Shown here piece by piece: positions 8,065-17,656 of a stretch of DNA of 64,000 bases. The translations under genes were made by a program, and so were the position numbers. This DNA is from Alphaproteobacteria bacterium (GTDB lineage: Bacteria; Pseudomonadota; Alphaproteobacteria; Caulobacterales; Maricaulaceae): NCBI GenBank assembly GCA_051252005.1, contig JBPOEZ010000003.1, positions 164,984 to 228,983 of the forward strand, in the 5' to 3' direction. The first letter of the stretch is position 1. Each line of letters opens with the position of its first letter. The notes below the pieces were generated by a model. It did not search any database and had not been told where the DNA came from. It saw nothing but the letters and a program-made list of their open reading frames with translations.

Positions 8065-8125
8065 AAACGCATAAGCCGCTGACATGGGAGTCCTAAACCG
8101 CCCAAAATAAGCCGCTGGTAATGTT
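8065..8125 (-). repeat. Leader-head repeat copy D (inverted orientation)
   Basis: The reverse complement reads AACATTACCAGCGGCTTATTTTGGGCGGTTTAGGACTCC..., which matches copies A and E. ATAAGCC(G/A)CT also recurs at 8071, 8107 and 8152. Confidence 0.7.
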
Positions 8126-8203
8126 TGTGAATACGGCAGAATTCGTCCAAAATAAGCCACTCATTTTATCTCCTACCAAACCCTGCGGACCTCAACTTGG
8201 TGG

Positions 8204-8983
8204 TTAAATTGCTTTCGCAATCATCCATATCCCCATGCCAATCATGGCTAGGTTTTCGGTGAGTGATACAAAGCCCAGCGGTACATTCGCCCCGCCGCCA
8301 ACACAGGCGCATTTTAGATCACGCTTATCGACATAGACCGCTTTAATAACTGAGATCGCGCCAATCGTCCCAATGAACAAAGCAATAGGCGCGGCTATCA
8401 ACCCAAATATTCCGCCTGCAACCATCAGGATTGCGGCCAGCGCTTCTGCAAACGGATAGACATAGGAATAACGCACAACCCGCCGCGCTAAAATATCATA
8501 GCCGACAAACATATTTGAGAAGGTTTCCAAATCTCGTAATTTGAGCATGGCCAGCATGCCCATTGAGAAGGCAATAAACCATTCCAGTGCTCGCAGATTG
8601 AGTACATCGCCTGATGTCGCCCAATTGGCCGCAATCGCGAGCAGTGCGGAGATATAGAAGACGACTAAAACAGGCGTGTAAGTCTTCTTATCCGGGTCTT
8701 TCACCTTATACCCGAAGTTCTCTCGCAGAGCATCAAAGCCGCCGATACGGTCACCGTCGATGAAAGTTTGCGGCGTGGTCTTTACATCATGCTTTTCTTT
8801 AAAGGCATCCGTGTCGACGCGGTTTGTCAGCCAATTATCCTCAACCTCAAACCCTTTGCGTTTGAGAAGGTCCACAGTCTTGATACCAAAGGGACAGATA
8901 TGTTTATCCGTCACCATGCGGTAGACAACGGCCTTTTTACCTTGAGACGTCTCTTTCACGGCAAGTTTGTCTGAAATACTCAT
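8204..8983 (-). CDS. Glutaredoxin-like domain fused to a MauE/DoxX-type membrane domain
   Basis: N-terminal Grx fold (VVYRMVTDKHICPFG...TPQTFIDGDRIGGFDAL) followed by about 4 TM helices typical of MauE. Confidence 0.7.
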   Translation of the reverse strand: MSISDKLAVKETSQGKKAVVYRMVTDKHICPFGIKTVDLLKRKGFEVEDNWLTNRVDTDAFKEKHDVKTTPQTFIDGDRIGGFDALRENFGYKVKDPDKKTYTPVLVVFYISALLAIAANWATSGDVLNLRALEWFIAFSMGMLAMLKLRDLETFSNMFVGYDILARRVVRYSYVYPFAEALAAILMVAGGIFGLIAAPIALFIGTIGAISVIKAVYVDKRDLKCACVGGGANVPLGFVSLTENLAMIGMGIWMIAKAI

Positions 8984-9005
8984 AACTGTCTCCTTCCAGT
9001 TTGAA

Positions 9006-9155
9006 TTATGCTTTAGCGGAACAACAACATTCGCTTTTTGGCTTAGTTAAAGGATCTACCTTTGGCTTGCTCGAAGGTGCATTATTATGGGTAGCGTTCG
9101 ATTTTTGGTTGCAACAGGCTGATTGCGAGGGAGCCGTTATGTGAGTGCAGGGCAT
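9006..9155 (-). CDS. Small Cys-rich peptide (49 aa), below the ORF-track cutoff
   Basis: Hand translation: MPCTHITAPSQSACCNQKSNATHNNAPSSKPKVDPLTKPKSECCCSAKA. RBS GGAAAGG lies 6 nt upstream. It starts ~40 nt downstream of a CsoR-type box and ends 22 nt before the Grx-MauE gene. Confidence 0.5.
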   Translation of the reverse strand: MPCTHITAPSQSACCNQKSNATHNNAPSSKPKVDPLTKPKSECCCSAKA

Positions 9156-9195
9156 GAAAAACCTTTCCTATGGATTGCATTTCCATATACATATA

Positions 9196-9212
9196 ATACC
9201 TATAGGGGGTAT
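9196..9212. promoter_or_regulatory. CsoR-type operator candidate ATACCTATAGGGGGTAT
   Basis: GC tract flanked by an AT-rich inverted repeat. Resembles the Bacillus copZA CsoR box (TACCCTACGGGGGTA) as I recall it. Confidence 0.6.
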
Positions 9213-9293
9213 ATTAAAGAGGCGGTATCATTTTTCTCTTATGCGGTGATCCAGCTAGCTTTCGGCAGTCATCTTGCCCAGCACTAGATAGCC

Positions 9294-10139
9294 CTAATGG
9301 TGATGGCCTCCGGGCCCCGTAAGGGTGGTTGCCAATAAGATACAGACGAGAACGAGTATAAATAAAGCGGCTTCAAGGCTTAATGATTTACGCAGCGCCG
9401 CACGTCCAAGCGATGGCGATTGCGTTAGGAGACCTGCAATTCGAAATTTATTATAAGCGCCCACACCCAATATCAACAAAGCCGAAATGAACTTGCCCAT
9501 TAACAGGCGGCCATAAAGCGTTGAGCTTAAATTGAGTAAATTACCGTTTAGCCGCCATAGCAAATAGAGCCCGGACACAAATAGAAGCGGCACAGCCCAA
9601 ACGGCAAAAAAACTAAACCGATCCGCCCTCGCGATTATGTCATTATCCGATGTCGCAGTTGAGGGCCAAAGACTGATCGGAGCCCATATCCAAAACCCCG
9701 CAATAAGACTATGAGGGACCACCCAGAGCGGAAGCAACGGCATGTTTTCGGCGCCTTGCGTATGCCCTGATGCCGCAAAACCTGCGCTCAATACGATTAT
9801 CGAAAAAGCCGCCGCTATTTTTCTCAAAGCGTTCGCGTTTATGAAGCTGGAGAGAATGGCTAAACCCGCGCCGCCCATGAACACCAAAAACTGAGTCCCA
9901 TTGGACTGCCAGACCCAGCCGAAAGTCTCTGGGTTAAAGGCCGGCGAAAGTGAGCCTGCTAATTGCGCATTGGCAATGATCAGCTTTGAGATGGCTCCTA
10001 TAATGAGAACCGCGACAAATACACGAAGACCCTTCAGTTTTTGCTGAATGCCGAGACAAAAATGCGACAAGATGCCGATTGTGACTAAAGCTGCAATATA
10101 GAGCGTTAGTTTTACAATCAGGGCTAAAGCGGTCAGCAT
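9294..10139 (-). CDS. copD: CopD-family copper resistance membrane protein
   Basis: Polytopic membrane protein immediately downstream of copC in the same operon. Confidence 0.7.
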   Translation of the reverse strand: MLTALALIVKLTLYIAALVTIGILSHFCLGIQQKLKGLRVFVAVLIIGAISKLIIANAQLAGSLSPAFNPETFGWVWQSNGTQFLVFMGGAGLAILSSFINANALRKIAAAFSIIVLSAGFAASGHTQGAENMPLLPLWVVPHSLIAGFWIWAPISLWPSTATSDNDIIARADRFSFFAVWAVPLLFVSGLYLLWRLNGNLLNLSSTLYGRLLMGKFISALLILGVGAYNKFRIAGLLTQSPSLGRAALRKSLSLEAALFILVLVCILLATTLTGPGGHHH

Positions 10140-10147
10140 AGAGACGC

Positions 10148-10507
10148 TTATTGAACTGTGAAGCTCAGGCCGCCTTTGACGATATGCCCGTCCTTAGAAA
10201 TGGCTCTCCACGTCATTTCGTATAGTCCGCTTTGAAACTTGGGCATGGGAATAGAGAATTTTTCTTCCCTGGATTTAGGCGGTGTGAAATCAACTGCAAT
10301 GTCTTTTCCCTCGCTATCTTTGAGAGAAAATGTCGCCAGTCCTACCTTTTGCGCGAACACCAGATCAAAGACTGCCGGCATCGTTTGATAAACGCCGCCG
10401 TCTTCTAATGTGGCGGATTGGACCTTAGTATGAGCCATAGCTGTAGGAGCCAGCAAAGACGCCATGAGAAAAGCCCCAAGCGTCAATTTTAAAAACGACC
10501 TTATCAT
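10148..10507 (-). CDS. copC: CopC-family periplasmic copper-binding protein
   Basis: Signal peptide ending AMA, followed by His as the first mature residue (HTKVQS...). C-terminal WRAISKDGHIVKGGLSF. Confidence 0.8.
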   Translation of the reverse strand: MIRSFLKLTLGAFLMASLLAPTAMAHTKVQSATLEDGGVYQTMPAVFDLVFAQKVGLATFSLKDSEGKDIAVDFTPPKSREEKFSIPMPKFQSGLYEMTWRAISKDGHIVKGGLSFTVQ

Positions 10508-10518
10508 CTGCTTATCCT

Positions 10519-10791
10519 TCAGCGTTTCAATTTATCAAAAAGGTCTACGAGTTCAGCGACTTTTTCGCGCTGAGCCGTCTCGTCACCGGACTGGATGGCT
10601 GCATTCACGCAACCCGCGGCATGTTCTTTGAGGATTTCGCTCTCCGCCCGCGCCATAGCGGATTTTACCGCCTGCATCTGGGTTAAGATATCAATGCAGT
10701 AGCGTTCATCTTCCAGCATTTTGATAATACCGCGCACTTGGCCCTCAATTCTTTTGAGGCGGTTAATTGTCTTAGGTGAGTGTACAGACAT
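10519..10791 (-). CDS. csoR: CsoR/RcnR-family metal-sensing repressor (C-H-C signature)
   Basis: [12 protein letters not shown] motif. Cys in ERYC and His-x3-Cys in KEHAAGC fit the Cu(I)-type C-H-C ligand pattern. Confidence 0.85.
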   Translation of the reverse strand: MSVHSPKTINRLKRIEGQVRGIIKMLEDERYCIDILTQMQAVKSAMARAESEILKEHAAGCVNAAIQSGDETAQREKVAELVDLFDKLKR

Positions 10792-10844
10792 TTTTTCTCT
10801 TACATTAGATAGACACGAAAGCGTGACGCCTTTTGGGCGATAGC

Positions 10845-10861
10845 ATGCCCCATAGGGGTAT
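10845..10861. promoter_or_regulatory. CsoR-type operator candidate ATGCCCCATAGGGGTAT in a divergent promoter region
   Basis: CCCC-ATA-GGGG core between csoR (minus strand) and the cus-like operon (plus strand). Confidence 0.6.
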
Positions 10862-10896
10862 TTACTTTCTTAATCCTTTTGAGCTATGATGCAAGT

Positions 10897-11316
10897 ATGA
10901 GAGTCATTTCGACAGTCTTCTGCTTATTCGCAGCCTTCATCATGATGGCGACACCTGTCATGGCGTGCTGCGTCACAGGTCATGTTGATACGCCTATGAA
11001 TTCAGCACAGGCGGCTGATGCGTCAGCCCCGCCTTGTCACACGACGGCTGAGGCCAAATCAGGCGATAGCGACACGCAAACGCCAGAAAAATACTGTTCC
11101 TCTTGTGATGATTGCACTGTGTCATCTGCTTTCACGGCTTATACTGACCCGGTCACAAATACACAATCAGACCTGACCTTCGTAACGCTTATCAATAACC
11201 CTACGGCCCTGCCGCGTCCGGAAGTGCGCCTTTTGAGAACAACGGGACCGCCTCCAAGGCAACCCCTCGGGCCGTTTGACAGCCCGTTCTCACGCTTCGA
11301 CACTCAACTTATTTAA
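10897..11316 (+). CDS. Small secreted Cys-containing protein, first gene of the cus-like operon (CzcI/DUF2946-like architecture)
   Basis: Track ORF 10879..11316 starts at TTG; the ATG at 10897 is preferred. Signal peptide, then CC, C and CxxCxxC motifs, then a Pro-rich C-terminus (GPPPRQP). Confidence 0.5.
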   Translation: MRVISTVFCLFAAFIMMATPVMACCVTGHVDTPMNSAQAADASAPPCHTTAEAKSGDSDTQTPEKYCSSCDDCTVSSAFTAYTDPVTNTQSDLTFVTLINNPTALPRPEVRLLRTTGPPPRQPLGPFDSPFSRFDTQLI

Positions 11317-11385
11317 TCTCCAAACAGACTGACTGTTCAGAGTTTTCCTCTGAGCCTATTCGCCTGTTTAATTGGAGATTTTCGG

Positions 11386-12729
11386 ATGTTTATCCGCCAC
11401 ACAACATTTCATCAGACTCGGTTTCGTGCCGGAGCGCTCTCACTTTTACTTAGCGGCATAAGCGTCATGAGTTTGCAGTCCGCCGCCTTCGCTCAAGATA
11501 GGCTTTATGCGCCTGATTTACTTGATGCGACGCAAATCAGTGCCTTTGAACTGCCGCAAACTACAATGCGAGCTATGCCGTTTTCCGAATTAGAGGCTCA
11601 ATTGCGCGACCACCCATCATTGGACGCGCTTAGCCTAAGGGCGCAGGCCAATCGACACCGTGCAGAAGGCGCGCTGGGACTGCCTGATCCTGTGGTGTCG
11701 CTCCAACTTAACAATGTGCCGCTTTTTGATCCTTCTTTTTCCGAATATCTTCCGTCCAACAAAGCCGTCGGCATTCGGCAAGCCCTGCCAAGTCGATCTG
11801 ATCGCAAAGCCAATTCGCTTAAATCCCTGAGAAGCGCAGCGCAGCAAGAGCTCGATCGTGAGCAGCAATATGCCAGGCTTCGCGGACAGCTCTTGGTTTA
11901 CTTAATTGAGAAACAGAGCCTTGATACCCAGCGAGACTTAGCCCTCGCGCGCCAATCCAAATATAATGAATTGTCAGACATCATAGATATTGAAATCAAT
12001 GCGGGCCGCCCTTTGGTGTTCCGCCTCGCTAAAGTTGATGTAGAGCGCACAGAGGTTTCAAGAACCCTCTCGCAACTGGACGGTCAAAAGGCAGAAATTA
12101 ACGCAGAGCTTATCAATCTATTGGGCTTCATTCCTGAAACCGACACGCCTGCGCTTTCCAAGACGCCATGGACCGGGAATGCTCTTGGGTTTTATGCCGT
12201 CCGCGTCGCCGATGCGGATGTCGATATATCCGATGCTGATGTGCAGCGCGCAGAAGCCGACTTTAAGCCCAATTGGGGCGTCAATCTAACATACCAACAG
12301 CGCGAGTCTGGCCAAGGTCCACGATCAAATTTTGACGGTGAAGATTGGGTGTCAGGCGGCGTCAGTTTTTCAATCCCGCTTTGGGCAGGCAAACGTCAAG
12401 AACCCAATTTACGGGCCGCTAAGATTGACAAGATTGCCAGTATTGCGCGGCGCACAGCCATAGCGCGGCAAGTGCAATCCGAGTGGTCACGCTATGAGGC
12501 GCGGCGAGAGACCGCTGTCCAAAACATACGGATTATCGAGCAAAAAATTAGCGCGATTGAAGCGCAGACAGCCGCCCAATTGATCACATACGAATCCGGG
12601 GCTGGCGATTATTCCCCCATTCTGGACGGCGAGATTGCCATTCTTATGTTGCGCTCGGAAATCGTCAAAGAACAAACACGGCGCGATCAAATGATTGCAA
12701 AAATGAACAGCCTTTTGGTGACATCATGA
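11386..12729 (+). CDS. cusC: TolC-family outer membrane efflux protein (CusC-like)
   Basis: Signal peptide, OEP-type repeats, and operon position ahead of the adaptor and RND pump. Confidence 0.8.
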   Translation: MFIRHTTFHQTRFRAGALSLLLSGISVMSLQSAAFAQDRLYAPDLLDATQISAFELPQTTMRAMPFSELEAQLRDHPSLDALSLRAQANRHRAEGALGLPDPVVSLQLNNVPLFDPSFSEYLPSNKAVGIRQALPSRSDRKANSLKSLRSAAQQELDREQQYARLRGQLLVYLIEKQSLDTQRDLALARQSKYNELSDIIDIEINAGRPLVFRLAKVDVERTEVSRTLSQLDGQKAEINAELINLLGFIPETDTPALSKTPWTGNALGFYAVRVADADVDISDADVQRAEADFKPNWGVNLTYQQRESGQGPRSNFDGEDWVSGGVSFSIPLWAGKRQEPNLRAAKIDKIASIARRTAIARQVQSEWSRYEARRETAVQNIRIIEQKISAIEAQTAAQLITYESGAGDYSPILDGEIAILMLRSEIVKEQTRRDQMIAKMNSLLVTS

Positions 12730-14471
12730 CCCCTTTTAAATACGCCCTAATCCTAAGCAGCGCCTTCATTCTGGCGGCGTGCGAACCTGCATCCAAACAG
12801 CCATCGGCGTTAGACGCCGGACATGATCACGCGGCTATGCAGGCAGAGCAATCGCAGCAATCAAAAATGGATATGCCAGCAGAAGAGGTCAGCTCTTATA
12901 CCTGTCCAATGCATCCGCATTTTATTTCAACGGATCCCAATGGGAGCTGCCCAATTTGCGGTATGGATCTTGTGCCTGTCTCGACAGAGCCCAAAGGCAG
13001 TTCGGGCGTTTCCATCTCTCCTGAAATGCTCCAAACAATGGGTATCAGAACAGCCATCGTCTCCGTTTCAAACTTTAATCAAGCCTTGCGCGCTTACGGC
13101 ACAGTCGAGCCCAATACACGGCTGGAGTCTATGGCGGCCTCCCGTCTTGAAGGCTGGATCAATGGTCTGACCGTGAGGGCAGAGGGCGACAGCGTGCGCC
13201 GCGGACAACGTCTTTATAGCATTTACACACCTGAGCTAATCGCAGCCCAAAAGGACTACCTGGCCTCACTACAAATTGGCAATGAGCGCCGCATTGCTTC
13301 CGTCCGTCAAAGGCTAATATCTAAAGGCATGCAAGAAAGCCTTGTCGAGCGCCTGACCGAGACCCGCGAGCTCATTGAGCGCGTGCCCGTCTATGCGGAA
13401 AGTTCCGGCGTTGTAACGCAGCTTATGGTGCGCGACGGCGACTACCTCAAACCCGGTGACCCGATCATGCAGTTACAGGCTTATAATAAGGTTTGGGTTA
13501 TTGCGTCAGTACCGGAGTCTGATTTACCGAAAATGGTAATAGGGAAGACAGCAGCTTTGAAATTTGAAAGCGCGCCTGATGCCGCAAAATCAGGCAAGAT
13601 TGACTACATCTACCCAACCATTGATACAAAAACGAGAACGGCCCGCGTGCGTATCAGTGTTGATAATGCATCAGGCTCTTTACGCCCTGGCGCTTATGCG
13701 GACATAATCTTTGAAGCTGACAAAACTGAAACGCCGACATCACAGCTCTCTATCCCAAGCCAAGCCATATTACGCGATTCACGCGGAGCACATGTGATTG
13801 TCGCTCTAGGGGAAGGCCGTTTTGACTCCCGCGATATTACGATTGGCTCAAGTATTCGCGGCCGCACAGAGGTTTTATCAGGCCTTGCGGAAGGTGAGCG
13901 TATTGTCGCCAGTGGTCAATTCATGCTCGATTCTGAATCCAACCTGCGAGAAGGGTTTTCAAAACTCAGCGCGCCTACCTCAAATTTTGACGGAACAACC
14001 GCTTTGTCCGAGCTTCCAATAGACGGCTCTACACTGAGCCAAATTGATCACATGATTGATAGCGCGCTCTATTTCCATGAAGCCTTGATTGATGGCTATG
14101 CGATTGACCCTTACTTCCTAGATCCCACCCTCACATTGATTGAAAATCTAAAGGGCCGATTTGCAGGCTCCAAGCTGTCTCCGATTTTAGAAAAGGCTGA
14201 GACGTCCATAAGCGGCGCTAAAGAGAATAAAATGGGCGAGCCCTTAGCAGTCCAGCTTTCAAAGTTGATGACGGCTCTTGATCCGTGGCTGACGCTAGGC
14301 GCGCCCGCTCACTATAAAAGCAAGGGTCTCATATTTTATAGCGATGATGAAACGGCTCGTCTTTGGCTGCAAGAGGGCGGATTACCTGCTAATCCTTATT
14401 CGGATGCTACGGCTCAAGTCATTGCGTGGCCTGATCCCATGGCTGACGACATGTCTGGCACAACCCCATGA
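12726..14471 (+). CDS. cusB: RND periplasmic adaptor (CusB-like) with N-terminal CxxC metal-binding motifs and a C-terminal extension
   Basis: YTCPMHPHFIS..GSCPICGMDL, then an HlyD-type adaptor core, then an extra helical domain of ~180 aa (DUF3347-like). Confidence 0.8.
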   Translation: MTPFKYALILSSAFILAACEPASKQPSALDAGHDHAAMQAEQSQQSKMDMPAEEVSSYTCPMHPHFISTDPNGSCPICGMDLVPVSTEPKGSSGVSISPEMLQTMGIRTAIVSVSNFNQALRAYGTVEPNTRLESMAASRLEGWINGLTVRAEGDSVRRGQRLYSIYTPELIAAQKDYLASLQIGNERRIASVRQRLISKGMQESLVERLTETRELIERVPVYAESSGVVTQLMVRDGDYLKPGDPIMQLQAYNKVWVIASVPESDLPKMVIGKTAALKFESAPDAAKSGKIDYIYPTIDTKTRTARVRISVDNASGSLRPGAYADIIFEADKTETPTSQLSIPSQAILRDSRGAHVIVALGEGRFDSRDITIGSSIRGRTEVLSGLAEGERIVASGQFMLDSESNLREGFSKLSAPTSNFDGTTALSELPIDGSTLSQIDHMIDSALYFHEALIDGYAIDPYFLDPTLTLIENLKGRFAGSKLSPILEKAETSISGAKENKMGEPLAVQLSKLMTALDPWLTLGAPAHYKSKGLIFYSDDETARLWLQEGGLPANPYSDATAQVIAWPDPMADDMSGTTP

Positions 14472-17400
14472 GCGAGCATAATATCGACAACTTAGCGGGC
14501 AAAGATCCGTCAAAGTCAGCCATTGCCAAGCTGATTGCATGGTCTGTTGCCAATCAGCTTATCATCATTGTCCTCGCCATAGCATTAGCCGTCGGAGGCT
14601 GGCTGTCGCTCAAGGAAATGCCGCTCGATGCCATCCCTGACCTGACGGATACGCAGGTCATCATCCGGACCGAGTTTCCGGGACAGTCACCGCAAATTGT
14701 CGAAGATTTGGTGACCTATCCGCTTTCAACAAACTTATTAGGTCTGCCAAAGACGAAAGATGTACGCGGCTCGTCCATGTTCGGCACCAGTTTTGTTTAT
14801 GTCATCTTTGAAGAAAGCGTGGACCCTTATTGGGCGCGCTCACGCGTCGTCGAAGCGCTCTCTCGCCTCGGTTCTGAACTCCCCGAAAATGCCAATCCTC
14901 AAATTGGGCCCGACGCAACGGGCGTGGGCTGGATTTACCAATATGCCTTAGTCGATAAGACGGAGCAGACAGATTTGGCGGAGCTGCGGTCCCTCCAAGA
15001 TTGGTTCTTAAAGTTAGAGCTTTCAGGCGTAGAAGGCGTTTCAGAAGTGGCCTCCGTCGGCGGATTTGAACGGGAATATCAAGTCCACATCGACCCTAAT
15101 CAATTAGAGTCGTTTAACGTATCCATCGACCAGCTTGCTCGCGCCATTCGCGCCGCCAGCAGCGAGGTTGGCGGACGCGTGCTTGAGCAAGGCGAGACTG
15201 AATATGTCATCCGATCATCCGGCTATGTCAAAACAGCGCTCGACTTAGAACAAGTCGTGGTTTTGGCCGAAGACGGGACGCCTGTGATATTATCGGATGT
15301 GGCCCGCATCGTTGAAGGCCCAGCGCTTCGGCGCGGTATTGTCGAACTCAACGGCGAAGGCGAAACCGTGGCGGGCATCATCGTGATGCGTGACGGCGAA
15401 AATGCATTGGAGGTTATTGACCGGGTCAAAGATAAGCTCACAGAGCTGCAGCGTGGCCTTCCGGACGGTGTTGAGATCGTCACAGTCTATGATCGCGCGC
15501 CGCTCATTGAGGGGGCTGTGTCCTATCTGAAAAAGAAGCTGATTGAGGAAGGCCTTGTTGTCGCCCTCGTCATTTTTCTTTTCTTGCTGCATTTTAGAGC
15601 TGCCTTTGTCGCGGTGTTCACCTTACCGCTGGGCGTTCTAGGGGCTTTCATCATCATGTCAGGCCAAGGCGTAACAGCCAACATCATGTCTTTAGGCGGC
15701 ATTGCTATTGCGATTGGCGCGATGGTGGATGCGTCCATTGTCATGGTCGAAAACGGGGTGCGAAAACTCTCAGACTTGGGAGAGAAACCTGACGAAGCAA
15801 CGCGCAAACGCGTGCTAATTCAAGCCGCGCAGGAAGTCGGCCCCGGTCTCTTTTTCTCGCTATTGATTATCGTCGTCTCCTTTCTCCCTGTCTTCGCTCT
15901 AACTGGAGAAAGCTACCGTCTGTTCTCGCCGCTCGCTTTTACTAAAACCTACGCAATGGCCTTTGGCGCTTTGTTATCCGTTACGCTTATTCCTGTGCTG
16001 ATGATTTGGCTATTGCGCGGTAAGATGCGTCCGGAGACCGCCAACCCGCTTAACCGTTTCATTGTCTGGATTTATAAACCCATCATTTGGGCAGCACTCA
16101 AATTCAAATGGGTGACAGTGCTTATCGCCATAATCATCACGGCAAGCGTTATCATTCCCGCGCAAAAGCTAGGCACTGAATTCATGCCCGCGCTCTATGA
16201 GGGCGAGCTGCTATATATGCCGACCACCTTGCCGGGCGTTTCCTCAACTAAGATGCGTGAAATTCTCGGCCAGACTAACCGCGTGATTAAAACTGTTCCT
16301 GAAGTGGAGGCAGTCTTCGGTAAGGCGGGACGTGCCGATACGGCGACTGATCCCGCGCCGCTGACCATGATTGAGAGCTGGATTAAGCTAAAACCTAAAT
16401 CCGAATGGCGCGCAGGTATGACCGCTGACGGTATTGTCGATGATCTAAACAGCCGCCTTCAAATGCCGGGACTTGTAAACTCATGGGGTTATCCGATCAA
16501 AATTCGGATGGATATGGTCTCGACGGGTATCCGCACGCCTATTGGCATTAAGGTGACAGGTGACAACCTTACTCAGATTGAAGCTATCGCGCGCGAAATT
16601 GAAGGCGTTGTCACCGACATCCCCGGCACGCGGTCTGCTTTTGCTGACCGTGTTCTCGGCGGTAAATATCTTGAGATTACGCCTAACCGATTGGAACTGG
16701 CGCGTCGCAATATCGACATGGGGACTTTCCAAGGCGTTATCCAAACAGCGCTTGGCGGGATGACCTTGGCCGAGTCGGTGCAAGGACGTGAGCGCTATAA
16801 TATCATGCTGCGATATGAGCGGGCCTTCCGCGAAACGGATGCGGACATCGAGAACATTCTCATTCCCACACCAACGGGCGCGCATATACCGCTGCGCGAA
16901 GTTGCAAGCGTTGCCTACACTGAAGGGCCGCCGATGATCCGGTCTGAAAACGCGCGTCTTACGGGATGGGTATTTGTTGACATCGCGGGACGTGACCTTG
17001 GGGGCTATGTTGCTGAGGCCAAGGACATCGTTGCAAATGCTGTCACCTTGCCGCCGGGCTACGCCATTGGATGGTCGGGTCAGTATGAGCAATTACAGCG
17101 CGCCAATGAACGTCTAAAAATTGCAATACCTGCGGCTATCGGTCTTATCTTTCTGCTCCTAATGCTCCACTTTGGCCGTCTTGACCGCACACTGATCATC
17201 ATGCTGTCTCTGCCATTCGGCCTCGTTGGCGGTTTATGGGCCGTCTATTTAGCGGGCTATAACCTGTCTGTTGCGGTGGCTGTTGGCTTTATTGCTTTGG
17301 GCGGCATCGCTGTTGAAACCGCCGTGGTCATGCTGCTCTACATTGATCAACAAGTACGCACGGACGGCCCGAAAACACGCGATGAGCTTTTCCAAGCGGT

Positions 17401-17656
17401 TAGCCACGGCGCGGCGCTACGTGTCCGTCCTAAACTAATGACAGTTCTCACAGTCATGGCAGGTCTCGCCCCCATATTCCTGACTGAAGGGTTAGGCTCT
17501 GATGTCATGCGGCGCATCGCTCTGCCCATGCTCGGGGGCATGATTTCAACAACCCTGCTAACGCTCATCGTCATTCCAGCCATCTATTTCATCTGGGTCG
17601 GTCGCCAACTTCCAAAACTACCAACACATGCAACGCTTGAAGGAGAAACCGCATGA
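14468..17656 (+). CDS. cusA: CusA-type heavy-metal efflux RND pump (Cu/Ag type)
   Basis: Three-Met cluster positions are conserved relative to E. coli CusA: LLYMPTT, APLTMIES, RMDMVSTG. Confidence 0.9.
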   Translation: MSEHNIDNLAGKDPSKSAIAKLIAWSVANQLIIIVLAIALAVGGWLSLKEMPLDAIPDLTDTQVIIRTEFPGQSPQIVEDLVTYPLSTNLLGLPKTKDVRGSSMFGTSFVYVIFEESVDPYWARSRVVEALSRLGSELPENANPQIGPDATGVGWIYQYALVDKTEQTDLAELRSLQDWFLKLELSGVEGVSEVASVGGFEREYQVHIDPNQLESFNVSIDQLARAIRAASSEVGGRVLEQGETEYVIRSSGYVKTALDLEQVVVLAEDGTPVILSDVARIVEGPALRRGIVELNGEGETVAGIIVMRDGENALEVIDRVKDKLTELQRGLPDGVEIVTVYDRAPLIEGAVSYLKKKLIEEGLVVALVIFLFLLHFRAAFVAVFTLPLGVLGAFIIMSGQGVTANIMSLGGIAIAIGAMVDASIVMVENGVRKLSDLGEKPDEATRKRVLIQAAQEVGPGLFFSLLIIVVSFLPVFALTGESYRLFSPLAFTKTYAMAFGALLSVTLIPVLMIWLLRGKMRPETANPLNRFIVWIYKPIIWAALKFKWVTVLIAIIITASVIIPAQKLGTEFMPALYEGELLYMPTTLPGVSSTKMREILGQTNRVIKTVPEVEAVFGKAGRADTATDPAPLTMIESWIKLKPKSEWRAGMTADGIVDDLNSRLQMPGLVNSWGYPIKIRMDMVSTGIRTPIGIKVTGDNLTQIEAIAREIEGVVTDIPGTRSAFADRVLGGKYLEITPNRLELARRNIDMGTFQGVIQTALGGMTLAESVQGRERYNIMLRYERAFRETDADIENILIPTPTGAHIPLREVASVAYTEGPPMIRSENARLTGWVFVDIAGRDLGGYVAEAKDIVANAVTLPPGYAIGWSGQYEQLQRANERLKIAIPAAIGLIFLLLMLHFGRLDRTLIIMLSLPFGLVGGLWAVYLAGYNLSVAVAVGFIALGGIAVETAVVMLLYIDQQVRTDGPKTRDELFQAVSHGAALRVRPKLMTVLTVMAGLAPIFLTEGLGSDVMRRIALPMLGGMISTTLLTLIVIPAIYFIWVGRQLPKLPTHATLEGETA

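Noticed and set aside
12823-13170. ORF 12823..13170, overlapping the adaptor gene on the same strand in another frame
   Set aside because: It lies fully inside the cusB-like gene and has no recognisable motifs.
14760-17583. Many ORFs of 60-200 aa antisense to, or out of frame within, the RND, ATPase, oxidase and other large genes (for example 16481..17092, 23702..24190, 39622..40140, 42036..42530, 48007..48423)
   Set aside because: They are embedded in long, motif-rich genes on the other strand or frame. They have low-complexity Arg/Ser/Pro-rich compositions typical of shadow ORFs.
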